DNA from: Shigella phage Shfl2
Sequence record: HM035025
Strand: one strand, 5' to 3'
DNA: 64,000 bases
The first letter of the stretch is position 1. Each line of letters opens with the position of its first letter. This document shows, one piece after another, positions 11,023 through 21,680 of this stretch. Position numbers and translations under genes: made by a program. Under the pieces are notes generated by a model that had not been told where the DNA came from, made no database searches, and saw only the letters and a program-made list of their open reading frames with translations.

Positions 11023-11640
11023 ATGTACCACTTTGTATATGAAACAACAAATCTAATAAATGGTAAAAAGTATATAGGAAAACACTCTACTGATGACTTG
11101 AATGATGGTTACCTTGGTTCCGGTAAGGCAATTCAGCAGGCTATAAAGAAATATGGTGAAAACAATTTCTCTAGAACAATACTAAAAGAGTTTAAAACTT
11201 CCGAAGAAGCGTACATGTATGAAGAAGAAATTATAACTCCTGAAATAATAAAAAGCAAAAATTATTATAATATGAAACCTGGTGGAATTGGTGGAATTGT
11301 TATGACTACAGAGGTTATAGCAAAGATGAAAGAATCTTCCGCTAAGAGATTTGAAAACTCACCGGGCACGGTATTAGGTACAACTTGTTACACTAATGGA
11401 ACTAAAAATATTTTTATTAAGCCTGGAGAACTTGTTCCAGAAGGATTTGTAAAAGGGATGGTTCATCCTAATAGAAAGTCCAGAAAAGGATGTAAAGTCA
11501 AACCGACTACCACAGGAACTTTTTGGGTCAATAATGGTGCAATAAATAAATTAATACAACCAGACGGTATTATTCCCGACGGATTTATTAAAGGTCGTCT
11601 CATGAAAAGAGATTCTAAAGGCAAATTTAGTAAGGCATAA
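11023..11640 (+). CDS. segD: GIY-YIG family homing endonuclease (seg-type)
   Basis: 205 aa; N-terminal GKKYIGKH...YLGSG GIY-YIG-like motif and basic C-terminal region; occupies T4 segD slot between inh and uvsW. Confidence 0.75.
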   Translation: MYHFVYETTNLINGKKYIGKHSTDDLNDGYLGSGKAIQQAIKKYGENNFSRTILKEFKTSEEAYMYEEEIITPEIIKSKNYYNMKPGGIGGIVMTTEVIAKMKESSAKRFENSPGTVLGTTCYTNGTKNIFIKPGELVPEGFVKGMVHPNRKSRKGCKVKPTTTGTFWVNNGAINKLIQPDGIIPDGFIKGRLMKRDSKGKFSKA

Positions 11641-11642
11641 TT

Positions 11643-13151
11643 ATGGATATTAAAGTACATTTTCACGACTTCAGTCATGTACGCATCGATTGTGAAGAGA
11701 GCACGTTCCACGAATTAAGAGATTTCTTTTCGTTTGAGGCCGATGGATATAGATTTAACCCTCGCTTCAGATATGGCAACTGGGATGGACGAATCCGTCT
11801 TTTAGATTATAATCGCCTTCTTCCATTCGGCTTAGTCGGACAAATTAAAAAGTTCTGCGATAACTTTGGCTATAAAGCCTGGATTGACCCACAGATTAAC
11901 GAAAAAGAAGAATTATCAAGAAAAGATTTTGATGAATGGCTTTCTAAATTAGAAATCTATTCAGGAAATAAAAGAATTGAACCACACTGGTATCAAAAAG
12001 ATGCAGTGTTCGAAGGATTAGTTAATCGTCGTAGAATTCTTAATCTTCCAACATCCGCAGGTAAATCTTTAATTCAAGCTTTGCTTGCACGTTATTATTT
12101 GGAAAATTATGAAGGTAAAATTCTTATCATTGTTCCAACAACTGCTTTAACAACTCAGATGGCTGATGACTTTGTTGACTATCGTTTATTCAGTCATGCA
12201 ATGATAAAGAAAATCGGTGGTGGAGCATCAAAAGATGATAAATATAAAAATGATGCACCAGTCGTTGTTGGTACATGGCAAACTGTAGTAAAACAACCGA
12301 AAGAATGGTTCTCACAGTTTGGAATGATGATGAATGATGAATGCCATCTTGCTACAGGAAAAAGTATTTCATCTATCATATCAGGTTTAAATAACTGTAT
12401 GTTTAAATTTGGTTTGTCCGGTTCATTGCGCGATGGCAAAGCTAATATCATGCAGTATGTTGGAATGTTTGGTGAAATATTTAAGCCAGTAACGACTTCT
12501 AAATTAATGGAAGATGGACAAGTAACTGAGTTAAAAATTAATAGTATTTTTCTTCGCTATCCTGATGAGTTCACTACTAAATTAAAGGGAAAAACTTACC
12601 AAGAAGAAATAAAAATTATTACTGGGCTCAGTAAAAGAAATAAATGGATCGCTAAATTAGCTATTAAACTTGCACAAAAAGATGAAAACGCTTTTGTCAT
12701 GTTTAAACACGTATCACATGGTAAAGCTATTTTCGATTTAATTAAAAATGAATACGATAAAGTTTATTACGTATCAGGGGAAGTTGATACCGAAACACGC
12801 AACGTAATGAAAACCTTAGCTGAAAATGGCAAAGGAATAATTATAGTAGCTAGTTATGGTGTATTTTCTACTGGTATTTCAGTTAAAAATCTGCATCACG
12901 TTGTTTTAGCGCACGGTGTTAAATCAAAAATCATTGTATTACAAACAATCGGTCGTGTATTACGTAAGCATGGTTCTAAGACAATAGCAACAGTCTGGGA
13001 CCTCATAGATGATTGTGGTGTTAAGCCAAAATCTGCTAATACGAAAAAGAAATATGTTCATTTGAACTATCTTTTAAAACACGGCATTGATCGTATTCAG
13101 CGCTACGCAGATGAAAAATTCAATTACGTAATGAAAACAGTTAATTTATAA
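11643..13151 (+). CDS. uvsW: UvsW DNA/RNA helicase (SF2)
   Basis: 502 aa, Walker A (PTSAGKS), DECH box, T4 position. Confidence 0.9.
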   Translation: MDIKVHFHDFSHVRIDCEESTFHELRDFFSFEADGYRFNPRFRYGNWDGRIRLLDYNRLLPFGLVGQIKKFCDNFGYKAWIDPQINEKEELSRKDFDEWLSKLEIYSGNKRIEPHWYQKDAVFEGLVNRRRILNLPTSAGKSLIQALLARYYLENYEGKILIIVPTTALTTQMADDFVDYRLFSHAMIKKIGGGASKDDKYKNDAPVVVGTWQTVVKQPKEWFSQFGMMMNDECHLATGKSISSIISGLNNCMFKFGLSGSLRDGKANIMQYVGMFGEIFKPVTTSKLMEDGQVTELKINSIFLRYPDEFTTKLKGKTYQEEIKIITGLSKRNKWIAKLAIKLAQKDENAFVMFKHVSHGKAIFDLIKNEYDKVYYVSGEVDTETRNVMKTLAENGKGIIIVASYGVFSTGISVKNLHHVVLAHGVKSKIIVLQTIGRVLRKHGSKTIATVWDLIDDCGVKPKSANTKKKYVHLNYLLKHGIDRIQRYADEKFNYVMKTVNL

Positions 13152-13164
13152 GGGCTTCGGCCCT
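13151..13164 (+). other. Intercistronic UUCG tetraloop hairpin between uvsW and uvsW.1
   Basis: AGGGC-UUCG-GCCCU immediately after uvsW stop and before the uvsW.1 Shine-Dalgarno. Confidence 0.6.
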
Positions 13165-13176
13165 TTGGAGAAAAAG

Positions 13177-13407
13177 ATGTTACTAGAATTTAAACAATTT
13201 CTTTATGAAGCTTCTATTGATGAATTTATGGGTAAAATTGCCTCTTGTCAAACATTAGAAGGTTTAGAAGAACTTGAAGCTTATTATAAGAAAAGAGTTA
13301 AAGAAACTGAATTAAAAGATACTGATGACATCTCTGTGAGAGATGCTTTGGCAGGAAAAAGAGCTGAATTAGAAGATTCAGACGATGAAGTAGAAGAAAG
13401 CTTTTAA
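13177..13407 (+). CDS. uvsW.1: UvsW.1 small acidic protein
   Basis: 76 aa from first ATG (GGAG 7 nt upstream); the track ORF at 13165 begins on TTG. Confidence 0.65.
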   Translation: MLLEFKQFLYEASIDEFMGKIASCQTLEGLEELEAYYKKRVKETELKDTDDISVRDALAGKRAELEDSDDEVEESF

Positions 13408-13462
13408 ATTAAAAAAGGCCCAACCAAAAAGGAAGGGCCAAAACTATAGACTAAAGGTCACA

Positions 13463-13630
13463 CTATAGCAAAAGTTGTGTTTCATTTAATTGTTCTTCCG
13501 AACTTTCTGAAACTGGTAGTTCTTTAATGTAATTATAACAAGGCCCAGGATGTACAGGACCTTTGTCTGTTTCAACAACCAATGCAGAATCGATTGGAGT
13601 TTTACAGACAACACAAATCTTATCTGACAT
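13463..13630 (-). CDS. Small Cys-rich protein (CxxC...C), T4 uvsY.-2 position
   Basis: 55-aa minus-strand ORF not in the supplied track (below size cutoff): MSDKICVVCKTPIDSALVVETDKGPVHPGPCYNY...; late promoter 25 nt upstream. Confidence 0.45.
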   Translation of the reverse strand: MSDKICVVCKTPIDSALVVETDKGPVHPGPCYNYIKELPVSESSEEQLNETQLLL

Positions 13631-13655
13631 GATTGTCTCCTCTAAATTATATATC

Positions 13656-13663
13656 TATTTATA
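13656..13663 (-). promoter_or_regulatory. Late promoter (TATAAATA on minus strand)
   Basis: Plus-strand tatttata; 25 nt upstream of the 55-aa ORF start. Confidence 0.5.
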
Positions 13664-13883
13664 TAACTCTCATATGCATATCAATGCCCATATCTTTGGA
13701 ATAAAAATATTCATCAAGATATCCGGCAAATTTTCCTTTAATATAAAGTACATCTTCACCGCATGGATGGTCGGCCAGGATACGAATATCCTGACGCTTA
13801 AGATTATGCTTTTTCATTAAGAATTGAATTTCCGTTTCAAATTCTTCTTCATAATTAAAAGCATCATCAATGCTATATCTCAT
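13659..13883 (-). CDS. Hypothetical protein (T4 uvsY.-1 position)
   Basis: 74 aa, start overlaps uvsY stop (TAATG). Confidence 0.6.
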   Translation of the reverse strand: MRYSIDDAFNYEEEFETEIQFLMKKHNLKRQDIRILADHPCGEDVLYIKGKFAGYLDEYFYSKDMGIDMHMRVI

Positions 13884-14296
13884 TATTTTCCAGCCTCAAA
13901 TGCCCGCATGTCTTGAATATGCTTAATAGCAAATCCTCGTGATTTGATAGCATCAAGAGCTCCGCTACAGAAATCTAATAAAATTCCCCAATATTGTAAT
14001 GAAGTATCAACCTTTAAAACATCCTTATCAGCTGATAGAACTGTCTTCATTTCTGATTTCTCGTAACGATCCATACTAAATTCATCACCATCTCCTCGTC
14101 CCGAGTAGTAGTCTAATTTAGCTTTAAGAGCAACTTTTTTCTGTGCGTCAATTCTAAGCATTTCCTTTTTAATACTTGAATGCTTATTAAGCCATTTACT
14201 ATATAACATCACATTATTAGCTGCTTCATACTGTAATTTAGTCGAATCTATAAACACATCTTTCTTCAATTCTTCTTGAAGATCTTCTAATTTCAT
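13883..14296 (-). CDS. uvsY: UvsY recombination mediator protein
   Basis: 137 aa, same length and position as T4 UvsY. Confidence 0.9.
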   Translation of the reverse strand: MKLEDLQEELKKDVFIDSTKLQYEAANNVMLYSKWLNKHSSIKKEMLRIDAQKKVALKAKLDYYSGRGDGDEFSMDRYEKSEMKTVLSADKDVLKVDTSLQYWGILLDFCSGALDAIKSRGFAIKHIQDMRAFEAGK

Positions 14297-14336
14297 ATTG
14301 TTCTCTATTCAATTGTTATTGGATGGACTTAGATTC

Positions 14337-14362
14337 ATTATACCACGTTTATACGTGAAGCA
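14337..14362 (-). promoter_or_regulatory. MotA-dependent middle promoter for uvsY
   Basis: Minus strand reads aaTGCTTCA (MotA box) - 13 nt - TATAAT; box overlaps gene 25 stop. Confidence 0.6.
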
Positions 14363-14761
14363 TTATACTCTGTTACTGGAAGCCAGTTGTAGTTTTATCT
14401 GCTCAATATCATCAGGGTTATCGATGACTGAAAAGCGTATTTCTACTATCAGAGTATAATCATCATAAACCGGTATTACATTAACTGCTAATTTATCAAT
14501 ACGTGGCTCGTAGTTTCTTACTGCGCTTTCAATGTTACGCTCAACAGTATCAGCAGTAAGAGGAGTCATATTCTCAAAAAGCTGATCAGATAAATCGCAT
14601 CCAAATTCTGGGTCAAATGGCCTTGACCCTTTCCTAGTTGTAATAATTCCTAAAAGGCTATTTTTAATTGACCTTAATCCAAGAGATCTAGAAACATCTT
14701 TGTCCCAATCCATTTTCATTTCTGGGTCAATGTCAGAATAAAGCTTATTAATATTTGCCAT
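14363..14761 (-). CDS. 25: Baseplate wedge protein gp25
   Basis: 132 aa, T4 gp25 length and position. Confidence 0.9.
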   Translation of the reverse strand: MANINKLYSDIDPEMKMDWDKDVSRSLGLRSIKNSLLGIITTRKGSRPFDPEFGCDLSDQLFENMTPLTADTVERNIESAVRNYEPRIDKLAVNVIPVYDDYTLIVEIRFSVIDNPDDIEQIKLQLASSNRV

Positions 14762-15387
14762 TACAATAGCTCAAAGAATTCTTTGAGTCCTCTTATTACA
14801 TGAGCGTGAGTTTTTCCACACTCTGGACATTTAATTGGAACAGCCAAATAAACAGTAGGCTTTAAAAGCATATCTTTTATAGCTACAATATCTGACTCTG
14901 TGATGATAGAATATAAATCTTCCAACTCTTTTTCATTTAAGTCTTCAATTGGAATGCTTTCCCCGTTAGCATGAATCGTTTCTATACATGATACTATCAT
15001 GTGGGCTATATTTTTATCATCAAAAATTTTAGGGTAATGGAATTTAATTTTAATGTCACCCAGTGTATACCAGAGGTCTTCTGGTGCATCTATTTGTGTA
15101 TGTAATAGATTTATATGGGTTGGTATTTCAGTTCCACAGGTGCACTTCCAGGAGTTTTCGTGATTAACTTCTCCAAGAGAATGCGCCCATAAATGAATCA
15201 ACAGTAGTTCTGATTCTTGGCGGTTTAAATCTTTTGCATTTGTGCATTCTTTGATTAGCTTTTTAACGATCTCTTCTACTGAACCGTTCTTTTTAGCAGT
15301 AATAAGTTCTAGATATTCTTTAAGAGTAAATGCGCGACAGTTGATTATTTTAGAACCAACTCTCACATCAAATTTGTATTCATACAT
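14761..15387 (-). CDS. 26: Baseplate hub protein gp26
   Basis: 208 aa, Cys/His cluster ([10 protein letters not shown]...[10 protein letters not shown]), T4 position. Confidence 0.85.
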   Translation of the reverse strand: MYEYKFDVRVGSKIINCRAFTLKEYLELITAKKNGSVEEIVKKLIKECTNAKDLNRQESELLLIHLWAHSLGEVNHENSWKCTCGTEIPTHINLLHTQIDAPEDLWYTLGDIKIKFHYPKIFDDKNIAHMIVSCIETIHANGESIPIEDLNEKELEDLYSIITESDIVAIKDMLLKPTVYLAVPIKCPECGKTHAHVIRGLKEFFELL

Positions 15388-15408
15388 ATTTAGCTCCTTT
15401 ATTTATCA

Positions 15409-15416
15409 TATTTATA
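15409..15416 (-). promoter_or_regulatory. Late promoter (minus strand) for gene 26
   Basis: Plus tatttata, 21 nt upstream of gene 26 start; overlaps the divergent plus-strand late promoter. Confidence 0.6.
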
Positions 15417-15420
15417 AATA
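15413..15420 (+). promoter_or_regulatory. Late promoter (TATAAATA) for gene 51
   Basis: Exact TATAAATA 17 nt upstream of gene 51 ATG. Confidence 0.65.
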
Positions 15421-15437
15421 GAATAAAAGGAGCATCT

Positions 15438-16187
15438 ATGGCAAACATTATTCGTTGTAAATTACCAGATGGTGTTCATCGTTTTAAACCATTTACGGTA
15501 GAAGATTATCGAGATTTTTTGTTAGTTCGAAACGATATAGAACATCGGTCACCACAAGAACAAAAAGAAATAATTGCTGATTTAATTGCTGATTATTTTG
15601 GAGACTATCCGAAGACTTGGCAACCATTTATATTTTTGCAGGTATTTGTAGGGTCAATAGGTAAAACTAAAGTACCGGTCACATTTGTATGTCCAAAATG
15701 TAAAAAAGAAAAGACAGTTCCATTTGAAATATATCAAAAAGAATTAAAGGAACCTGTTTTTGATGTAGCTAATGTTAAAATTAAATTAAAGTTTCCTTCT
15801 GAGTTTTATGAAAATAAAGCAAAGATGATTACCGAAAATATTCATTCTGTTCAAGTAGATGAAATGTGGTATGATTGGAATGAAATTAGCGAATCAAGTC
15901 AAATAGAACTTGTTGATGCCATCGAGATAGAAACATTAGAAAAAATTCTCGATGCAATGAATCCTATTAATTTAACATTGCATATGTCATGCTGTAATAA
16001 GTATGTAAAAAAATACACTGATATAGTAGATGTGTTTAAGCTATTAGTTAACCCAGATGAAATATTTACTTTTTATCAAATCAATCACACGCTCGTAAAA
16101 AGTAATTATAGCTTAAATTCAATAATGAAAATGATTCCTGCTGAGCGCGGATTCGTATTAAAACTGATTGAGAAGGATAAACAATAA
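15438..16187 (+). CDS. 51: Baseplate hub assembly catalyst gp51
   Basis: 249 aa, AAAGGAG Shine-Dalgarno, T4 position. Confidence 0.85.
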   Translation: MANIIRCKLPDGVHRFKPFTVEDYRDFLLVRNDIEHRSPQEQKEIIADLIADYFGDYPKTWQPFIFLQVFVGSIGKTKVPVTFVCPKCKKEKTVPFEIYQKELKEPVFDVANVKIKLKFPSEFYENKAKMITENIHSVQVDEMWYDWNEISESSQIELVDAIEIETLEKILDAMNPINLTLHMSCCNKYVKKYTDIVDVFKLLVNPDEIFTFYQINHTLVKSNYSLNSIMKMIPAERGFVLKLIEKDKQ

Positions 16188-17362
16188 TGAGTATGTTGCA
16201 ACGCCCAGGATATCCAAATCTCAGCGTTAAATTATTTGATAGCTACGACGCTTGGAGTAATAATAGATTTGTTGAATTAGCTGCTACTATTACCACATTA
16301 ACTATGCGGGATTCTCTTTATGGCCGAAATGAAGGAATGCTGCAGTTTTATGATTCTAAAAATATCCATACAAAAATGGATGGAAATGAAATAATTCAGA
16401 TTTCTGTAGCTAATGCAAACGATATTAATAATGTTAAAACACGAATTTATGGATGTAAGCATTTTTCTGTATCTGTAGATTCAAAAGGCGATAACATCAT
16501 TGCTATTGAATTGGGAACTATTCATTCTATAGAAAATCTTAAATTTGGCAGACCGTTTTTCTCTGATGCAGGTGAATCTATAAAGGAAATGCTTGGTGTC
16601 ATTTATCAGGATCGCACGTTATTAACTCCAGCAATAAATGCTATAAATGCTTATGTTCCTGATATTCCATGGACTAGCACATTTGAAAACTATTTGTCGT
16701 ATGTTAGAGAAGTTGCTCTAGCTGTAGGAAGTGACAAATTTGTATTTGTGTGGCAAGACATCATGGGAGTTAACATGATGGACTATGATATGATGATAAA
16801 TCAAGAACCGTATCCAATGATTGTCGGTGAGCCATCTTTAATAGGTCAATTCATCCAAGAATTAAAATATCCATTAGCATATGATTTCGTTTGGTTAACT
16901 AAATCAAATCCTCACAAACGTGACCCAATGAAAAACGCTACTATCTATGCGCATTCATTTTTGGATTCTTCATTGCCAATGATTACTACAGGAAAGGGCG
17001 AAAACTCTATTGTAGTGTCAAGGTCAGGTGCTTATTCTGAAATGACTTATAGGAATGGCTATGAAGAAGCTATTCGTCTTCAAACTATGGCACAATATGA
17101 CGGCTATGCTAAATGTTCTACTGTCGGTAATTTTAACTTGACTCCTAGCGTTAAAATTATTTTTAATGATAGTAAAAACCAATTTAAAACAGAATTTTAC
17201 GTTGATGAAGTTATCCATGAATTATCCAATAATAATTCAGTAACACATCTATATATGTTCACTAATGCAACGAAACTGGAAACAATAGACCCAGTTAAGG
17301 TTAAAAATGAATTTAAATCTGATACTACCACTGAAGAAAGTAGTTCTTCCAATAAGCAATAA
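16187..17362 (+). CDS. 27: Baseplate hub protein gp27
   Basis: 391 aa, TAATG overlap with gene 51, T4 length. Confidence 0.9.
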   Translation: MSMLQRPGYPNLSVKLFDSYDAWSNNRFVELAATITTLTMRDSLYGRNEGMLQFYDSKNIHTKMDGNEIIQISVANANDINNVKTRIYGCKHFSVSVDSKGDNIIAIELGTIHSIENLKFGRPFFSDAGESIKEMLGVIYQDRTLLTPAINAINAYVPDIPWTSTFENYLSYVREVALAVGSDKFVFVWQDIMGVNMMDYDMMINQEPYPMIVGEPSLIGQFIQELKYPLAYDFVWLTKSNPHKRDPMKNATIYAHSFLDSSLPMITTGKGENSIVVSRSGAYSEMTYRNGYEEAIRLQTMAQYDGYAKCSTVGNFNLTPSVKIIFNDSKNQFKTEFYVDEVIHELSNNNSVTHLYMFTNATKLETIDPVKVKNEFKSDTTTEESSSSNKQ

Positions 17363-17840
17363 AGAAGTTTCTATTCCTAAAATGGGTCTTAAACATTATA
17401 ACATTTTAAAAGATGTTAAAGGCCCTGATGAAAATTTAAAACTTCTTATTGATTCTATTTGTCCGAATTTGTCACCGGCAGAAGTTGATTTCGTTTCTAT
17501 TCATTTATTGGAATTTAATGGAAAGATTAAATCTCGTAAAGAAATAGATGGCTATACTTATGACATTAATGATGTTTATGTATGCCAAAGATTGGAATTT
17601 CAATACCAAGGAAATACATTTTATTTTAGACCGCCTGGAAAATTTGAACAATTTTTAACTGTGAGCGATATGTTATCCAAATGCTTGCTTAAGGTCAATG
17701 ATGAAGTTAAAGAAATTAATTTTCTTGAGATGCCAGCATTCGTTTTAAAATGGGCAAATGATATTTTTACAACTTTAGCAATTCCTGGCCCTAATGGTCC
17801 AATAACTGGAATTGGCAATATTATTGGATTATTTGAATGA
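17307..17840 (+). CDS. 28: Baseplate hub distal subunit gp28
   Basis: 177 aa, overlaps gene 27 3' end in another frame as in T4. Confidence 0.8.
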   Translation: MNLNLILPLKKVVLPISNKEVSIPKMGLKHYNILKDVKGPDENLKLLIDSICPNLSPAEVDFVSIHLLEFNGKIKSRKEIDGYTYDINDVYVCQRLEFQYQGNTFYFRPPGKFEQFLTVSDMLSKCLLKVNDEVKEINFLEMPAFVLKWANDIFTTLAIPGPNGPITGIGNIIGLFE

Positions 17841-19609
17841 AAAAGCCACAAGAAATGCAAACGATGCGTAGAAAAGTTATTTCAGATAATAAACCAACAC
17901 AGGAAGCGGCTAAATCCGCTTCTAACACTTTATCTGGGCTTAATGACATTTCTACGAAATTGGATGATGCTCAAGCTGCTTCTGAATTAATTGCTCAAAC
18001 TGTCGAAGAAAAATCGAATGAAATAATTGGAGCAATTGACAATGTAGAAAGCGCAGTGAGTGATACTACTGCTGGTTCTGAGTTAATTGCTGAAACTGTT
18101 GAAATTGGCAACAATATTAATAAAGAAATCGGTGAATCGCTCGGAAGCAAATTAGATAAATTAACAAGTTTACTGGAACAAAAAATTCAGACAGCTGGAA
18201 TTCAACAGACGGGAACTAGTTTAGCCACGGTTGAAAGCGCTATTCCTGTTAAAGTTGTTGAGGATGATACAGCTGAATCTGTGGGTCCTTTATTACCGGC
18301 TCCCGAAGCAGTTAATAATGATCCTGATGCTGATTTTTTCCCGACCCCTCAGCCAGTTGAGCCAAAGCAAGAATCACCAGAAGAAAAACAGAAAAAAGAA
18401 GCATTTAACTTAAAATTATCTCAAGCTTTAGATAAATTAACAAAGACAGTTGATTTTGGATTTAAGAAATCTATTTCAATTACTGATAAAATATCAAGCA
18501 TGCTATTTAAGTACACCGTCAGTGCTGCTATTGAAGCTGCTAAAATGACTGCAATGATATTGGCTGTTGTTGTTGGAATAGACCTTTTGATGGTTCACTT
18601 TAAATACTGGTCAGATAAATTTTCAAAAGCCTGGGATCTATTTAATACGGACTTTACTAAATTCTCTAGCGAAACCGGAACATGGGGTCCTTTATTACAG
18701 AGCATCTTTGATTCTATTGATAAAATTAAACAACTTTGGGAAGCTGGAGATTGGGGTGGATTGACAGCAGCTATCGTAGAAGGACTCGGAAGTGTTCTTT
18801 TTAATTTAGGAGAACTTATTCAGCTTGGAATGGCTAAATTATCTGCTGCAATTCTTCGAGTCATTCCTGGCATGAAAGACACTGCTGATGAAGTAGAAGG
18901 AAGAGCATTGGAAAATTTCCAAAATACTACTGGAGCATCTCTCAATAAAGAAGACCAGGAAAAAGTTGCAAATTATCAAGATAAACGAATGAATGGAGAC
19001 CTTGGTCCGATAGCAAAAGGATTAGATAAAATTGCTAATTGGAAAACTCGTGCATCTAATTGGATTCGTGGGGTTGATAATAAAGAAGCACTGACTACCG
19101 ACGAAGAACGTGCAGCAGAAGAAGAAAAATTAAAGCAACTTTCACCAGAAGAAAGAAAAAATGCTTTAATGAAGGCTAATGAAGCCCGTGCCGCGATGAT
19201 TCGTTTTGAAAAATACGCTGATTCGGCTGATATGAGTAAAGACTCAACGGTTAAATCAGTTGAAGCTGCCTATGAAGACCTTAAAAAACGGATGGATGAC
19301 CCGGATTTAAATAATTCACCGGCAGTTAAAAAAGAACTTGCTGCTAGATTTTCTAAAATTGATGCTACTTATCAAGAGCTCAAGAAAAATCAGCCTAATG
19401 CCAAACCTGAAACTTCTGCTAAATCGCCAGAAGCAAAACAAGTCCAGGTAATAGAAAAGAACAAAGCACAGCAAGCTCCTGTTCAACAAGCATCTCCTTC
19501 GATCAATAATACTAATAATGTTGTTAAGAAAAATACTGTCGTTCATAATATGACACCCGTAACGAGCACGACTGCTCCTGGTGTATTTGATGCGACTGGA
19601 GTTAATTAA
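17837..19609 (+). CDS. 29: Baseplate hub / tail length determinator gp29
   Basis: 590 aa, T4 gp29 length and position. Confidence 0.9.
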   Translation: MKKPQEMQTMRRKVISDNKPTQEAAKSASNTLSGLNDISTKLDDAQAASELIAQTVEEKSNEIIGAIDNVESAVSDTTAGSELIAETVEIGNNINKEIGESLGSKLDKLTSLLEQKIQTAGIQQTGTSLATVESAIPVKVVEDDTAESVGPLLPAPEAVNNDPDADFFPTPQPVEPKQESPEEKQKKEAFNLKLSQALDKLTKTVDFGFKKSISITDKISSMLFKYTVSAAIEAAKMTAMILAVVVGIDLLMVHFKYWSDKFSKAWDLFNTDFTKFSSETGTWGPLLQSIFDSIDKIKQLWEAGDWGGLTAAIVEGLGSVLFNLGELIQLGMAKLSAAILRVIPGMKDTADEVEGRALENFQNTTGASLNKEDQEKVANYQDKRMNGDLGPIAKGLDKIANWKTRASNWIRGVDNKEALTTDEERAAEEEKLKQLSPEERKNALMKANEARAAMIRFEKYADSADMSKDSTVKSVEAAYEDLKKRMDDPDLNNSPAVKKELAARFSKIDATYQELKKNQPNAKPETSAKSPEAKQVQVIEKNKAQQAPVQQASPSINNTNNVVKKNTVVHNMTPVTSTTAPGVFDATGVN

Positions 19610-19617
19610 GGAATAAT

Positions 19618-20712
19618 ATGGCAATTGTTAAAGAAATAACTGCTGATTTAATTAAAAAGTCCGGTGAGAAAATTTCAGCCGGACAGAGTACTAAATCAGA
19701 AGTAGCAACTAAAACATACACTGCCCAGTTTCCAACTGGGCGTGCTAGTGGTAATGACACTACAGGGGACTTCCAGGTAACAGATTTATATAAGAATGGA
19801 TTATTATTTACTGCATACAATATGTCATCTAGGGATTCTGGAAGTCTTAGATCGATGAGATCTAACTACTCTTCTTCATCTTCGAGTATTTTAAGTACAG
19901 CTAGAAACACTATTAGTAGTACAGTATCAAAACTATCAAATGGATTAATATCAAACAATAATTCAGGAACAATAAGTAAAGCTCCTGTGGCAAATATTCT
20001 TTTACCGAGATCTAAATCTGATGTTGATACATCATCACATAGATTTAATGATGTTCAAGAAAGTCTTATCAGCAGAGGCGGAGGTACTGCTACTGGCGTG
20101 TTAAGTAATATTGCTTCAACTGCAGTATTTGGTGCGCTAGAAAGTATAACACAAGGTATAATGGCTGATAATAATGAACAGATTTATACGACAGCCAGAA
20201 GTATGTATGGCGGTGCTGAGAATAGAACTAAAGTGTTTACATGGGATTTGACTCCACGTTCAACAGAAGATTTAATGGCTATTATTAATATCTATCAATA
20301 TTTTAACTATTTTTCTTATGGTGAAACGGGTAAATCTCAATATGCTGCTGAAATAAAGGGGTATTTAGATGATTGGTATCGTTCTACGTTAATTGAACCT
20401 TTATCTCCGGAAGACGCGGCTAAAAATAAAACACTATTTGAGAAAATGACATCGAGTTTAACTAACGTTCTAGTAGTTTCAAACCCGACAATTTGGATGG
20501 TGAAAAACTTTGGTGCAACATCTAAGTTTGATGGAAAAACGGAAATATTTGGCCCATGCCAAATACAGAGCATCAGATTTGATAAAACACCTAATGGTAA
20601 CTTTAACGGATTAGCTATTGCTCCAAACCTCCCTAGTACATTTACTCTTGAGATTACTATGAGAGAAATTATCACGTTAAACCGTGCTTCTTTATATGCG
20701 GGGACTTTTTAA
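19618..20712 (+). CDS. 48: Baseplate tail tube cap gp48
   Basis: 364 aa, T4 position. Confidence 0.9.
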   Translation: MAIVKEITADLIKKSGEKISAGQSTKSEVATKTYTAQFPTGRASGNDTTGDFQVTDLYKNGLLFTAYNMSSRDSGSLRSMRSNYSSSSSSILSTARNTISSTVSKLSNGLISNNNSGTISKAPVANILLPRSKSDVDTSSHRFNDVQESLISRGGGTATGVLSNIASTAVFGALESITQGIMADNNEQIYTTARSMYGGAENRTKVFTWDLTPRSTEDLMAIINIYQYFNYFSYGETGKSQYAAEIKGYLDDWYRSTLIEPLSPEDAAKNKTLFEKMTSSLTNVLVVSNPTIWMVKNFGATSKFDGKTEIFGPCQIQSIRFDKTPNGNFNGLAIAPNLPSTFTLEITMREIITLNRASLYAGTF

Positions 20713-21677
20713 TGTATTCTTTAGAGGAATTTAATAATCAAGCAATAAACGCAGATTTCCAACGTAATAATATGTTTAGCTGCGTTTTTGCGACAACTCC
20801 ATCAACTAAAAGCTCTTCGTTGATAAGTTCAATTAGCAACTTTTCTTATAATAACTTGGGTCTAAATTCAGATTGGTTAGGATTGACTCAAGGCGATATT
20901 AATCAGGGAATTACCACGCTAATTACTGCTGGCACACAAAAACTGATAAGAAAATCAGGGGTTAGTAAATATCTTATTGGTGCCATGAGTCAACGCACAG
21001 TTCAAAGTTTATTGGGCTCATTTACAGTTGGTACATATTTAATTGATTTCTTTAATATGGCATATAACTCATCTGGATTGATGATATACTCTGTAAAAAT
21101 GCCAGAGAATAGATTATCCTATGAAACTGACTGGAACTATAATTCTCCTAATATTCGTATAACTGGGAGAGAATTAGACCCTTTGGTTATTTCATTTAGA
21201 ATGGATTCAGAAGCTTGTAACTATCGTGCAATGCAAGACTGGGTTAACGCTGTTCAAGACCCAGTAACTGGATTGCGTGCTTTGCCGCAAGATGTCGAGG
21301 CAGATATTCAGGTTAATCTTCATGCTCGTAATGGATTACCTCATACTGCTGTGATGTTCACTGGATGCATTCCAGTGTCAGTGAGTGCTCCTGAGTTATC
21401 ATATGATGGAGATAACCAAATAACTACATTTGATGTTACTTTTGCGTATAGAGTCATGCAGGCTGGGTCGGTTGATAGACAAGCTGCGCTTGAATGGCTT
21501 GAATCTGCTGCCATAAACGGTATTCAAAGCGTTCTCGGAAATAGTGGAGGTGTTACTGGACTATCTAATTCGCTTTCACGACTTAGTAGATTAGGAGGAA
21601 CTGCTGGAAGCATTTCAAACATTAATACTATGACGGGAATTGTCAACTCGCAAAGTAAAATATTAGGAGCAATATAA
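20712..21677 (+). CDS. 54: Baseplate tail tube initiator gp54
   Basis: 321 aa, TAATG overlap with gene 48, T4 position. Confidence 0.9.
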   Translation: MYSLEEFNNQAINADFQRNNMFSCVFATTPSTKSSSLISSISNFSYNNLGLNSDWLGLTQGDINQGITTLITAGTQKLIRKSGVSKYLIGAMSQRTVQSLLGSFTVGTYLIDFFNMAYNSSGLMIYSVKMPENRLSYETDWNYNSPNIRITGRELDPLVISFRMDSEACNYRAMQDWVNAVQDPVTGLRALPQDVEADIQVNLHARNGLPHTAVMFTGCIPVSVSAPELSYDGDNQITTFDVTFAYRVMQAGSVDRQAALEWLESAAINGIQSVLGNSGGVTGLSNSLSRLSRLGGTAGSISNINTMTGIVNSQSKILGAI

Positions 21678-21680
21678 CAA

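Noticed and set aside
13563-13820. Plus-strand 85-aa ORF in the uvsW-uvsY intergenic region
   Set aside because: Overlaps two minus-strand ORFs that fit the operon (coupled start/stop, late promoter upstream); the plus-strand product is hydrophobic low-complexity with no start signal.
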